Virus record (IMG/VR): IMGVR_UViG_3300045961_000160
Source: an uncultured virus (IMG/VR IMGVR_UViG_3300045961_000160)
Taxonomy: Duplodnaviria > Heunggongvirae > Uroviricota > Caudoviricetes
Length of the DNA stretch: 64,000 nucleotides
Strand: one strand, 5' to 3'
Shown here: in pieces, positions 38,079-48,100 of the stretch
Position numbering within the stretch: position 1 is the first letter of the stretch
Layout: every line of letters starts with the position of its first letter
Position numbers and translations under genes: made by a program
Notes under the pieces: model-generated
Databases searched by the model: none
What the model was told of the DNA's origin: nothing
The model's input: only the letters and a program-made list of their open reading frames with translations

Positions 38079-40904
38079 TTAAATTTTTGAAACTTTAAAC
38101 CCAGCCTGTTGTAGTTGAGCTAATTCATTATCATCTAATTCAACATCGCCACCAAGTTCGTAAACTTTTCCACCATAAGCAAATACCTGGCGTTCTTGTG
38201 ATGCATAAATATCAGTTGGATTTAAAACTTGATTTCCAATATCATTAGGAATAAAATTACCCGCTTGATCATAAATACCTTGTTTCATTTGAGAAAACTC
38301 AATAGGTTGTGTATTTAATGCAGACATGCGGGCAATATCTCTTTCTGGATTAATTGCATTAACACCATCCATAAAATTCACTAAACGGTTTCCTGCACCC
38401 ATGTACATATCTCCTACAGCATTCCAATCTGGATTAAATTTATTTTTTGTAGTTACATCTAAAGAAGATTGCATTTGCATACCGTTGGTAGCCATTGGAA
38501 TAGATCCTCCAAATGCTTTATTAATTAAAGCTACTGCATTATTTAATGCTTGGGCATCTACACCTCCACCAAATGCTCTGTATTGTGGTAAATTAGCATT
38601 GTTAATAGGATTTCCATCTGCACCCATAACTTGAACACGTGGATTTCCATTTGCATCAAATGAAGAATTAATATCTTCAGAGTCCCAAAAATTAGCATCC
38701 GCATTGTTTACTCTGCCATTTAAAGGTTCAAAACCTTGATCTAGTCTAGCTCTAGCTGGGACATAATCTTGACCAATAGTTTGTTTTAAAGCATTTACTT
38801 TATCTCTATCTCTAAACCATCTTCGCGGTGTATCATTAAACTGCGGTGTTGGATTATTTACAATGTTCATTAGATCTTGCTGTGTAGCAAATGCTGGACC
38901 TTCAACACCCATTGATGATCCTGATTGAGTTGCTGGAGCATTCATTTGAGCAGATATGTCTAATGCTTCTTTAGAAACCCAACTGTTTGTTGGTGCATTC
39001 CAAACTAAACCTTTTGCAGCTTGACCTTGTTGAAACTTAGAAATTTCTTGTCTTTGATTAAATTCTGGAATACCAGTTAAACCTGCAGGTAAATTTGTAT
39101 CTACACGATTTGGAGTATTCATTGGCATTAACTCCATTGGTGATTCCTTTGGAGCAGCATTCATTGGATTTTGCAATGAAGGCATATTACCTGAATCCCA
39201 CATTAAGTTGTTACTTGGTGTAATCCCTGTAACAGGAGTTCCTTGATTACTGGTTACATCTACTGGACCGGCTGGATTATTTTGAGGACCTGCTGGTAAA
39301 TTTGCACCGTTCATTGTAGTTGTTGATGCACCTAAGTAATCAGGAATATTGTCTCCATTTGCATCAGCATTAAAACCAGATAAACCAGGACCGGCTGGTG
39401 TTCCTTGTTGAGCTGCAGCTACACTTGCAGGATTACCCCAATCAATGTTGTAACGTACACCAACTTTTTTTCTACCAAATAAACCACCTTTAATATCTTC
39501 TACTCCGGTAATTCTATAGTCTTGACCGTTTGCTTTACCAGACATTCCAGGTGCTAAATTTTGACCGGCTGTTTGCATCATAAATGCAGTAGCATCCATT
39601 CCGCCCGGTAAATTAGTACCTTTTACTTTTGGTACCCCATACATGGTAGAGTTAGCCATAAATCTAGCCATTGGAGATGTTCCGTAGTAAAGATTATTGT
39701 AAAGACCACCTCCAAAAGGATTAGGATAACCCACACCATTTACAACTTGACCTGTATTAGCCGGAGTGTCTACAGCTTTAAAACCTTTAGTAGCTGGATC
39801 ATATTGATAGTTCTTACCAGCTTCATAAGTTGGAGCTGGAGGTTGAATTATGTTAAATTTTTTAGTAGCTGGATCATATTGATAACTTTTGCCAGCCTCA
39901 TATGTTGGTTCCGGTTCTTTCCAACCTTTAAGTGTTTCATCAATATTAAACTTGGCTTGTTCATCCGCGCTTAATCCTTGTCTGTAACGGTACGCTGCAA
40001 GTTCTGCTTCATCTTTGGTTTTGTATTTACCAATATCAAAGCCATTATCGGCTTTAGGAAGATCTCCACCATACGCCATCTGATTACCCATTAAACTTGG
40101 AAAATCAGAATCAAGTGTTGATTTAAATGTATTGTTTTTAATAGCATTAGTAATCAAAGCAGCACGGTCTTGTGCATATGTTTTAGAGTCAATTGATGGA
40201 ACAGTTAAGTCTCCACCAAATGCTTTTGACATAAGCTTTTTAAGATTACCGCCAAAAGCCATCATCTGTGAATCTGGAGATGCCATGTTTGGATCTACAG
40301 TTTGTGGATTAGCTCCCGGTTGTTCTAACTGAGGATCTACTGCTTCCATTTGTCCACTTAACTGTTGCATAACAGCTTGTGCAACTTCTGGTGAAATTTG
40401 ACCTTGTTGAACAGCAGCTTGTATTTGTTCCATGACTTGACGTGCATCAGCACCGCCTTGCATCATTTCTTGAACTTGACCCATAACAGCTTGCATTTCT
40501 TGCTCTGGATTTCCACCACCATTTTTTCTTTTAACAAGGCGTTTTGGCATACCGCCAAATTTCATTTGTTGACCTTCGGCAGGAATTTCAGCAGATTCTT
40601 CAGCTGGATTACTTGCAGCACCTTCTATTTGTTCTTCGCCTGCACCTTGTTGTTGTGCTTGAGCTCCTTGCATTGCTTCTTGAATAGTTGCTTGAGCTTC
40701 TTGTTCAGGAATTCCCATTTGTACAAATACTTGCATAATGGCTTCGGGAGGAAGTTGTTGTAATAATTGTGCAGCAATTTCTACTGGTTGCATGCCTTGT
40801 TGCACCATTTGTTGAACAGCCTGCATTACTTGTTGCATTTGCTGATCTTGTCCTTGCTGTTGAGGTTGACCTTGACCTTGCATTTGTGCTTGTGGGTTTT
40901 CCAT
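38079..40904 (-). CDS. low-complexity Q/G/N/P-rich virion cargo protein with repeated xxGG motifs
   Basis: 941 aa directly after the muzzle gene; Q/M-rich N-terminal repeats and many (A/K)(F/Y)GG motifs. Confidence 0.65.
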   Translation of the reverse strand: MENPQAQMQGQGQPQQQGQDQQMQQVMQAVQQMVQQGMQPVEIAAQLLQQLPPEAIMQVFVQMGIPEQEAQATIQEAMQGAQAQQQGAGEEQIEGAASNPAEESAEIPAEGQQMKFGGMPKRLVKRKNGGGNPEQEMQAVMGQVQEMMQGGADARQVMEQIQAAVQQGQISPEVAQAVMQQLSGQMEAVDPQLEQPGANPQTVDPNMASPDSQMMAFGGNLKKLMSKAFGGDLTVPSIDSKTYAQDRAALITNAIKNNTFKSTLDSDFPSLMGNQMAYGGDLPKADNGFDIGKYKTKDEAELAAYRYRQGLSADEQAKFNIDETLKGWKEPEPTYEAGKSYQYDPATKKFNIIQPPAPTYEAGKNYQYDPATKGFKAVDTPANTGQVVNGVGYPNPFGGGLYNNLYYGTSPMARFMANSTMYGVPKVKGTNLPGGMDATAFMMQTAGQNLAPGMSGKANGQDYRITGVEDIKGGLFGRKKVGVRYNIDWGNPASVAAAQQGTPAGPGLSGFNADANGDNIPDYLGASTTTMNGANLPAGPQNNPAGPVDVTSNQGTPVTGITPSNNLMWDSGNMPSLQNPMNAAPKESPMELMPMNTPNRVDTNLPAGLTGIPEFNQRQEISKFQQGQAAKGLVWNAPTNSWVSKEALDISAQMNAPATQSGSSMGVEGPAFATQQDLMNIVNNPTPQFNDTPRRWFRDRDKVNALKQTIGQDYVPARARLDQGFEPLNGRVNNADANFWDSEDINSSFDANGNPRVQVMGADGNPINNANLPQYRAFGGGVDAQALNNAVALINKAFGGSIPMATNGMQMQSSLDVTTKNKFNPDWNAVGDMYMGAGNRLVNFMDGVNAINPERDIARMSALNTQPIEFSQMKQGIYDQAGNFIPNDIGNQVLNPTDIYASQERQVFAYGGKVYELGGDVELDDNELAQLQQAGFKVSKI
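39786..39908 (-). repeat. intragenic tandem duplication, 75-nt period (PTYEAGKxYQYDPATK x2)
   Basis: TTTAGTAGCTGGATCATATTGATA at 39786 and 39861. Confidence 0.9.
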
Positions 40905-40922
40905 TTTTATAATCTTATGTTT

Positions 40923-40930
40923 TAATATAC
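40923..40930 (-). promoter_or_regulatory. putative late-promoter motif GTATATTA preceded by a T-tract
   Basis: Intergenic, upstream of the first cargo gene; matches the shared motif. Confidence 0.55.
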
Positions 40931-40964
40931 AAAAAAAATTTTACTATTCTTAACTATTAAATAG

Positions 40965-43900
40965 TTACCTGTGAGAAACTTGCATGTTACTAGCAGCTAA
41001 GCTAACAAGAATTTCTACATTAGAATTCTTAGTTCTTTTAAGAACTACTTTGTTGTTATAATGTCTAAACTTTTTACGTTGAAATTCAGCTTTATCATAG
41101 TTCAAATTGACTGGATTTAAGTTGCGTATATAACCATTGTCTTCAGTGTTCCAAATAAAGTTTTCAGCACCTGTAAATTCACCTCTGTCTTTTGTAATAT
41201 CCCAGAACTGATTAAATCTATACTGTTGTTCTTCTTTAGAAAAATGAATGTTGATGTAATTCATTTTTATTTCTGGATAACGAAGTAATGCAGGTAAATC
41301 ATTTTTAGGTGCAATATGCAACTTTAACAATCCAGACACTTGTTCTGAGTTATAAACAATTGCTTGATCAAATCCATAATCAAGTATATGGAAACGATCA
41401 TAGCAGTTATCTGGATTATACACAAAGCTTTCAATGTAGTATTCTACATTGCGCATTGTAGCCACTGCAAACTTGTTATCTAATTGAAACTCTACTTCAA
41501 ATGGATAATCTTTACCATAGAAGTTACAATAAGATTGACAAGAATCTAAATGTCTCCAGAAACCATTTTGTTTAGTAGTCAAGAAATTATTCTTTGCTCC
41601 TAAAGCCAGGTCCGGATGCCAATCATGAAAAGATACAAACTCATCAATTTTTGGATCATAACTTAAAGTCCAAGAACAATCATCAAAATATGCAGGATCT
41701 CCAAGTTTTGCTACAAAAATTCCATTAATTAAAAACTTGGTACCTCCAATATAAGTAACAGTTACTGGAAGATTCTTTTTAAGTCGGTAATCTTTTTTGC
41801 AAAAATATACCAAACCATATCCGTTGTCATAAATAGTTTGGCAACCAATACCGGCTACTGGATTATCTGTTACTTGGAAGTTAGGAAAATCTTTTACCAG
41901 CATGTATGGAAGATACTGGTTTAACCAAAATCTATTACTCTTTAGGGAAATCTCTTTTAAACCTCCTGCATATTGGAAAATCTTACCTTGCTCTTCGCTC
42001 ATCCAAAATACACCGGCAGGACAATTTATTACTGACAATCTATTTTGACATGATGCATATTCAAATGATGATTCTGAATTAGATAACTGCTGCAACTTTC
42101 TTGCAAACAATGTTCCATCACCAATTGTAATTTTAGCATTTGTTTGTGACCTTAACTCATCTACTCCCGGCAACATTCCCGGTGCCTGATTTTCAAATAG
42201 AATTAATGCTGCTGTTTTATCAACTGGTTTAATTGCAGTAACCTTACTTGTGTAATCTACAAAGTTGTTTGGAAGAAATGTAAGCCATTGATCTTTTTTA
42301 CCCAATGAAGGATTTGTGGTACCGCCTATTTGTGGCAATGAATACATTAACCTTCTTGGATATTTAGTATAACAAGAAGCAGATAATTGTGGATCATAAT
42401 CACGGTCTTGCATAACTCCCCATGGAATTTTTTGACTAGCCATGAATGAATGTGACATGCTTCTATCAAACTGATAATAGTTATCTGCCTTTATTAAGTT
42501 TGTAGAAAACATTGCTTTGAGATCTGACAAAATAGGATAATGCTTTTTAGCATCTTCATCCTGCCAATCGCGCATATCAACATTGAATTCAGACTCAACA
42601 AAGAAATCTCTTACACCTGAATTAAATAAGTATATGAAAGCTTTCTTAACTAAAAAAAGACCATTAGATCCACCCAATCTATCAAAACAATGTTTATCAG
42701 ATGGAAACATTAATGTTTGAAAAAATGTAGAAATGGATCCGGCTTGTACTGCAGCTTCTAATGCAGGAACAACACTTGATGTAAACTCAGCTAAATCAAA
42801 TGGATCTGTATCCATCCAAAAAGCTGTATGCTCAAACATTTTTTGCAATCTGTAATTAAATACAGCACCATCGGGCTCTCCGTTTAACCATTGTTGAAAA
42901 TAATAAAGTGTGTTTTTTTCTGAATATTTTCCAATGTAAGTGTCTCCACCAAATAATAAACCTGTACTTGTATTAGTAATATTTACCGGACAAGATGAAA
43001 CAAGCAATTGTCTTATGTCATATACCTGTCCATACTGATTACGCAATCTTACTTTTAGTGCTGCGTAATGAGATGAAGCACGTCTTGCATATGTTTTGTA
43101 CATATCAGGTAAAGCAGAAGCTCTAGGAGGCCTTGAGACATCTGCAATGGCACCTGTGATGTTTTCAATATTAACTGCAGTATCAAACATTACAGTTTCA
43201 TTTCTGTAAATATGATTTACAACATAGTTTGTTTGATAGTTTTGAACACCAGGATTTAAGTATCTAGCATCATTGATTTTGCGTCTGCGGTTATTAGCAT
43301 AAGGTGCAGCAAAGTTTTCATACTTACATAAACTTTGATATTGCACAGCATGCTGTTCCCAAGAACCAAGCGATTGAATAATTTTAATAAACAAATCAGT
43401 TCCATCTGCCATGTATCCAGTAAACATTGGATTACCTAAAGCAACTAATGCCCAACGCAATGCATTTGGGTTTGAATCTTGATCTTTGTAATATACTTCA
43501 TAAGTTCCAGAATTTACTCCAGAACCAGGTATAGCTGCATTTGTTTGAGAAGTAGTAATAACACCTTGTAAAGATGAGTTTAATGTAGATGCATTACTCA
43601 ATCCATTGGAACCAGTTAACGCATCAGTCATTCCTAAAGTCCCTAAGACGTTATTAGCAAGTGCTTCAGCGGCAGTCATTGTGGCAATACTGGCACTTGT
43701 CAAAAAGTTACCACCTGATGTAGACGACCCTGCAAAAATTGGATCACTATCAATTGAGTAGCTTGTATACTTAACATCACGGGTACCAACCATTTTTGCA
43801 ATAGCATAACCAAAACCTACAACTGTAGATGCTATTAATGAAAGATCAGTAATAAACTTATGTCTTGGATGTCCTTTAGGAGCAATGTAATATCCTTGAC

Positions 43901-45878
43901 TTTCACCCCAAGCAGCACCATAAATTTTAACTTCATCATCTACCAAGAATGGTCTTGCAAACATGCAATCTGGTGAATGGAAAGTAAAATGTTTTTTACT
44001 GTATTGACTGTTTGGTGTATAATTAATTAATCCACCAGATAATGGTTCATATGATGTAGGAGTTGGATTCATTGAAATAAATGGATCCGGTCTTAAATCA
44101 TTAAATGGATAATTAGCATAAAGAGCAGTACGGTCTGTAACTAAATCTGGAGCATCATAACTAAACATATTGTTGATTAATCCTTTGTAAAGAACTGATT
44201 TGTTTCCAGTTCTATTACCTCTTAGGATTTCATAACCAATAATGTTTGTAATTACATTTCCATTGTTATCAACAGGAGGTTGAATGTTGTCAAAAACAAC
44301 ACCCATAATTCTAATTTTATCACCACCATCTTTATAATGGTTTGTCAATGTATTTGTAGTACCGCCAGACGTTATTACATTTTCTGGAAATTTATGGTGA
44401 CGTATTGGTCTACCACAAAGATTCCATTCAGGATGACCTTGTACATTTGAGTTCCACACAATTGGGTTGTTATCATCATATAACTCTGTAGATTCCCAAT
44501 AACCCATTTGACCTTCAGCAACTATTACTCCACCGTCACCAGTTGGTGTATTTGGAGTTCCTGTTAGTGTTGCTGTATTGTATACTTCAAAAACTCTTGG
44601 TGTGTAATCAGGAGTTTCAATGTCATTAATTGTAGTAGGACAAGGTGCAACTTCACTTATTAATCCAGCATTGCCACCTGCATCATTAGTTAAAAAATAA
44701 TTACCTGCAGCGCGTCCTGGAATATGATAACTTTTTGATTTATCCCCAGTGTTGTAAATAAAGCGTATAAAGAATGAATAAACCTCATCACGCATGTAGC
44801 CAATGTTAGTTCCTCCATTTTTATAGTACTCATTCTTGTATTCAACACATTGCCATTTGGTTTGAATTTGATTGGCCAAAGGCTGATAGTTAAAATCAAA
44901 TTTAGTTGTCGGTGCAGTCCTTAATAAGTAATCTCCTACAGTAAACACAGCTTCAGATTTATCTGGAACCGGGGTACTTAAAGGTAAATCCGCTAAAGGG
45001 ATTGTTGTCAATGTAATATCTATATAGTCATAAACAATTTTAGTTTGTCTAGTGCTATAGGACCCCATTAATCTTGCTACTGTTTTTTCATTAATTGTAT
45101 AGACAAGAACTAATTGGAAATTTTCAAAACTCAAATCCAAATTAGATAATTCAATTTCAATTGAACTATTGACATTTGAATGATCAAACAGTGTCAATGC
45201 ATTTGATGGAATTGAATAATCAGTTACCTTTTGACCATCAATTTCATATGCAATTTGAGCTTGGTAAGTTCCATTTAAAAGTGAACCTGCAGCTGAACCT
45301 TTTTTCATTTTAACACATGGCATATGAACAAAAGATTCAAGTCTTATTTTATCACAATCTAAATCTGTAGTATCAACACATGTAGTGCATCCATTTGGAT
45401 CTGTAGTACAAATTTGTTTCCATGGAACATTTGCAATATCAAGTACTCTGGTAGGATTTATTCCATCATCCCAATACAATTTAAAAGAACAATTAAAAGT
45501 GGGTCTTGAAACACCTTTAATTAAATTATCAGCATTGAACTGTAAACATTTATCATTTACAATAGTAGTATAAGAACAAGTTCCTTCAACAAACTCTCCA
45601 ATTTCAGAATCAGTATTATTTGTAGAAAAGATTGCCCAGCGGTCTTCTTCAATATGTATGGCACCAATAATTACATAAGGTGCATATGTACACAATGTAT
45701 TTGAAGGTTCATTACTTAGTTTACCTAAGTCACCTCTACGTGTATTGTTAATTGCATTTCTGGCATATGTCCATGAGTTTTCCGGCAAGTGGAAATCCCC
45801 AATATCACTAACCATTGCTTTATCAAACGTACTTTGCGGTTTAAAGTTAGATCCCGCACCCGTGCTTTTCTTTGCCAT
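40965..45878 (-). CDS. tail muzzle/stabilisation protein (crAss 'Tstab'-like)
   Basis: 1637 aa; beta-rich N-terminus (YARNA...LSNEPSN; LYWDDGINPTRV), GYMRDEVYSF, FGGDTYI, WTLSY...FVSFHDWHP; follows two ring-protein genes. Confidence 0.8.
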   Translation of the reverse strand: MAKKSTGAGSNFKPQSTFDKAMVSDIGDFHLPENSWTYARNAINNTRRGDLGKLSNEPSNTLCTYAPYVIIGAIHIEEDRWAIFSTNNTDSEIGEFVEGTCSYTTIVNDKCLQFNADNLIKGVSRPTFNCSFKLYWDDGINPTRVLDIANVPWKQICTTDPNGCTTCVDTTDLDCDKIRLESFVHMPCVKMKKGSAAGSLLNGTYQAQIAYEIDGQKVTDYSIPSNALTLFDHSNVNSSIEIELSNLDLSFENFQLVLVYTINEKTVARLMGSYSTRQTKIVYDYIDITLTTIPLADLPLSTPVPDKSEAVFTVGDYLLRTAPTTKFDFNYQPLANQIQTKWQCVEYKNEYYKNGGTNIGYMRDEVYSFFIRFIYNTGDKSKSYHIPGRAAGNYFLTNDAGGNAGLISEVAPCPTTINDIETPDYTPRVFEVYNTATLTGTPNTPTGDGGVIVAEGQMGYWESTELYDDNNPIVWNSNVQGHPEWNLCGRPIRHHKFPENVITSGGTTNTLTNHYKDGGDKIRIMGVVFDNIQPPVDNNGNVITNIIGYEILRGNRTGNKSVLYKGLINNMFSYDAPDLVTDRTALYANYPFNDLRPDPFISMNPTPTSYEPLSGGLINYTPNSQYSKKHFTFHSPDCMFARPFLVDDEVKIYGAAWGESQGYYIAPKGHPRHKFITDLSLIASTVVGFGYAIAKMVGTRDVKYTSYSIDSDPIFAGSSTSGGNFLTSASIATMTAAEALANNVLGTLGMTDALTGSNGLSNASTLNSSLQGVITTSQTNAAIPGSGVNSGTYEVYYKDQDSNPNALRWALVALGNPMFTGYMADGTDLFIKIIQSLGSWEQHAVQYQSLCKYENFAAPYANNRRRKINDARYLNPGVQNYQTNYVVNHIYRNETVMFDTAVNIENITGAIADVSRPPRASALPDMYKTYARRASSHYAALKVRLRNQYGQVYDIRQLLVSSCPVNITNTSTGLLFGGDTYIGKYSEKNTLYYFQQWLNGEPDGAVFNYRLQKMFEHTAFWMDTDPFDLAEFTSSVVPALEAAVQAGSISTFFQTLMFPSDKHCFDRLGGSNGLFLVKKAFIYLFNSGVRDFFVESEFNVDMRDWQDEDAKKHYPILSDLKAMFSTNLIKADNYYQFDRSMSHSFMASQKIPWGVMQDRDYDPQLSASCYTKYPRRLMYSLPQIGGTTNPSLGKKDQWLTFLPNNFVDYTSKVTAIKPVDKTAALILFENQAPGMLPGVDELRSQTNAKITIGDGTLFARKLQQLSNSESSFEYASCQNRLSVINCPAGVFWMSEEQGKIFQYAGGLKEISLKSNRFWLNQYLPYMLVKDFPNFQVTDNPVAGIGCQTIYDNGYGLVYFCKKDYRLKKNLPVTVTYIGGTKFLINGIFVAKLGDPAYFDDCSWTLSYDPKIDEFVSFHDWHPDLALGAKNNFLTTKQNGFWRHLDSCQSYCNFYGKDYPFEVEFQLDNKFAVATMRNVEYYIESFVYNPDNCYDRFHILDYGFDQAIVYNSEQVSGLLKLHIAPKNDLPALLRYPEIKMNYINIHFSKEEQQYRFNQFWDITKDRGEFTGAENFIWNTEDNGYIRNLNPVNLNYDKAEFQRKKFRHYNNKVVLKRTKNSNVEILVSLAASNMQVSHR

Positions 45879-45880
45879 GA

Positions 45881-46828
45881 TTAGTAGGATTTAAACATAT
45901 TGTAAAAATTATGGTACTGGGCCTTGCGGTTAACTTCCCAAATTTGTCTCAACTCATTAAAGTTTGGTGTATTAACCAAACTATATGCATTGTTGCGCGC
46001 AGCTCTTAGTCTTTGTTCAATAATTTGAATTTGGTTTCCGTTTACAGTTTCACCATTCATAATCATATTTTCCAACACGCGTTGCTTAATTGCATATTCA
46101 TAAAATTCATTAAGCATGTCATGATCAGGAACCAAAATGTTCCCTTCTTCATCTTCCATGATTCCCTGGTAGTTAACATATAACTGGCCAGTTTTAAATG
46201 AAGTGTAGATAAATCCATTTTTAATGTAAGCTGTGTTACGAGATTGCCATTTTTTATTTGGACAATCTGGATCAATAACATCTCCTCCATCAATGATTCT
46301 GATTGAATGAAACTCAGTCCATCTTCTTGTATGGTATTTAAATGTTTGAACCAATGTCATAAACTCTCCCTTACAGTTTAATGACACATCTCCTACAGGT
46401 TTACATGAACAAGATGTAAAAGTGTGTCCACAGTCATTACAGCAAGTTAAAGCTGGAGCTGTAGGAGGAATTGGATTTGAACAAGTATCCGGTGTATCCC
46501 ATTCTCCAGGATTATAGGTCTTGCCTATCTTAACATCTTCAACATGAGTTCCTGAAATTAATGGTTCTGTAATTGAATGGTTAGACATTATAAATGCAAA
46601 ATTCAACACATTAAAGTTGTTTGGAAGTTTAGCTCTTCCATTTTCAACTTCTAGCATTACTTCTCTAGTTTTGAATACTCTCAATCCTAATTCATAATTG
46701 CAGCGTTTAGCTACTTTAATAAACTCTTGAGGATTGATAAAATCTTCCAAGTAATGACGTTTAAAATCAGTTTGGATCTCAGCCAGCAACTGATCATAAG
46801 TTCTATATTTTAATGTGTAATTTGACAT
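45881..46828 (-). CDS. tail ring/tubular protein (crAss 'Ttub'-like) with Cys-rich insertion
   Basis: VENGRAKLPNNF and YIKNGFIYTSFKTGQLYVNYQG...DEEGNILVPD; position upstream of the muzzle. Confidence 0.75.
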   Translation of the reverse strand: MSNYTLKYRTYDQLLAEIQTDFKRHYLEDFINPQEFIKVAKRCNYELGLRVFKTREVMLEVENGRAKLPNNFNVLNFAFIMSNHSITEPLISGTHVEDVKIGKTYNPGEWDTPDTCSNPIPPTAPALTCCNDCGHTFTSCSCKPVGDVSLNCKGEFMTLVQTFKYHTRRWTEFHSIRIIDGGDVIDPDCPNKKWQSRNTAYIKNGFIYTSFKTGQLYVNYQGIMEDEEGNILVPDHDMLNEFYEYAIKQRVLENMIMNGETVNGNQIQIIEQRLRAARNNAYSLVNTPNFNELRQIWEVNRKAQYHNFYNMFKSY

Positions 46829-46829
46829 C

Positions 46830-47501
46830 TTATCTTAAAATATTTTGTGAGTTGTCTGCAGTATCAGACGGAATTTTTCCAAGAGTCATAAGTTCTTGTT
46901 GAACCATGCCTTCAATTTCTGTAAACAAGTAATCAGGAATAGAAAAATCTTGGTCCTGCATTACTGTACAAGACTTGTTATTTTCATTACAGAAACCATC
47001 TGTAGGTTCTTCAAACATTGCTTCAACAGTAATTGCATCCCATACAATATCCGGAAAATACAAATACCCATTCTTGTACCAAAAATAATGACACTTGTTG
47101 TATTTGAAATTTGTAGAGTTGGTCATTGCTATGTAAATAGCTTGATTGATTTGTTGAAATGTATCACTGTAATCAATTGGTCCTACATTACGGATTAATG
47201 GGCCATAACTACCTGTCATAATTTTAGGTAGTTTCTTTTTAGTTCGCATGATTTTACAACCGGTTTTTAACCCAGCGCAATCAGCTTCAATTTTATCTAC
47301 TTCAATCAAATCAACAAAAGGAAGAGTTTCAAAGAGACTATCAAATCTCATTAATTTATCTTCATTATCTTGTCTGCGAATTAATGCCTTAGCATGTTTC
47401 ATCAGCAAACTGTGAATGAATCTATCAGTCATGAATGCATCTTCATTCACAACTTTAAAAACATTTCTAATGCGTGATAATGATTCCTTAATTGTTGCCA
47501 T
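46830..47501 (-). CDS. tail ring protein
   Basis: RTKKKLPK, YFWYKNGYLYF...VEAMFEEP, DFSIPDYL and a C-terminal D..DN signature resemble crAss ring proteins; gene order. Confidence 0.7.
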   Translation of the reverse strand: MATIKESLSRIRNVFKVVNEDAFMTDRFIHSLLMKHAKALIRRQDNEDKLMRFDSLFETLPFVDLIEVDKIEADCAGLKTGCKIMRTKKKLPKIMTGSYGPLIRNVGPIDYSDTFQQINQAIYIAMTNSTNFKYNKCHYFWYKNGYLYFPDIVWDAITVEAMFEEPTDGFCNENNKSCTVMQDQDFSIPDYLFTEIEGMVQQELMTLGKIPSDTADNSQNILR

Positions 47502-47503
47502 TT

Positions 47504-47995
47504 TTATGGGTTTATGTCAAGCCTTGAATTGTAAGTTACAGAAAGGCAACGGCTCCAATTCTTTACAAAATACTTTGACGCTCTCCTTTTAAATTGCTGT
47601 AACGGATTAAATCCAAACAACTTTGTATGTTTTACTACTGTTCTTAGTGTTTTATTCATAAATACAATACGCATCAAGTTGTTATCCGTATCCCAATTTT
47701 TGTGATATGTTCTAACACCTGTTGCTTTTGATTTAGCATAATCCACCGGTCTATTTCTAGGTTTACCTGCATTGTTGATTAAGATAACACCAATGTTTTC
47801 TGGAAGAACTACACCATAAATATTATTCATAGTTTCATCTGCCATGTTGCTATTGAATGTTCTCATAATCTTAATAAGATCACTTTGCTTGAGGTTATGT
47901 TCTGGATGTTGTTTATTGAAGTCTCTAACTTCTTTATACGCAATCACTTTTCCCTTATTCTCCGTGACCCTAGGTTTATGCAAATCTACCTTCAT
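47504..47995 (-). CDS. IHF/HU-like DNA-binding protein
   Basis: Basic 163-aa protein; helical N-terminus, then GVVLPENIGVILI...F.P...FKR; occupies the IHF position of crAss-like tail modules. Confidence 0.55.
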   Translation of the reverse strand: MKVDLHKPRVTENKGKVIAYKEVRDFNKQHPEHNLKQSDLIKIMRTFNSNMADETMNNIYGVVLPENIGVILINNAGKPRNRPVDYAKSKATGVRTYHKNWDTDNNLMRIVFMNKTLRTVVKHTKLFGFNPLQQFKRRASKYFVKNWSRCLSVTYNSRLDINP

Positions 47996-48027
47996 ATAAT
48001 ATACTAATTTCTAGCCAAAAATACAAA
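47996..48027 (-). promoter_or_regulatory. putative promoter TTTG-N20-TATATTAT abutting the ATG
   Basis: - strand TTTGTATTTTTGGCTAGAAATTAGTATATTATATG; the 16 bp at 47995-48010 are identical to 52868-52883. Confidence 0.6.
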
Positions 48028-48033
48028 TTATAA

Positions 48034-48064
48034 ATAAAAACAAACCCCAGATTGCTCCGGGGTT
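48034..48064 (-). terminator. intrinsic terminator after the collagen-fibre genes
   Basis: - strand AACCCCGGA-GCAA-TCTGGGGTT (GNRA loop, one G-U pair) followed by TGTTTTTAT. Confidence 0.8.
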
Positions 48065-48070
48065 CGCTCT

Positions 48071-48100
48071 AGTCAGCCACAATAAACCAACCTTTGTGAC
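48071..48100 (-). ncRNA. candidate 3'-UTR stem-loop/antisense element with loop AGGUUGGUUUA
   Basis: GTCACAA/TTGTGGC stem; the loop and 3' flank are complementary to the leaders at 58767-58788 and 62126-62143. Confidence 0.4.
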
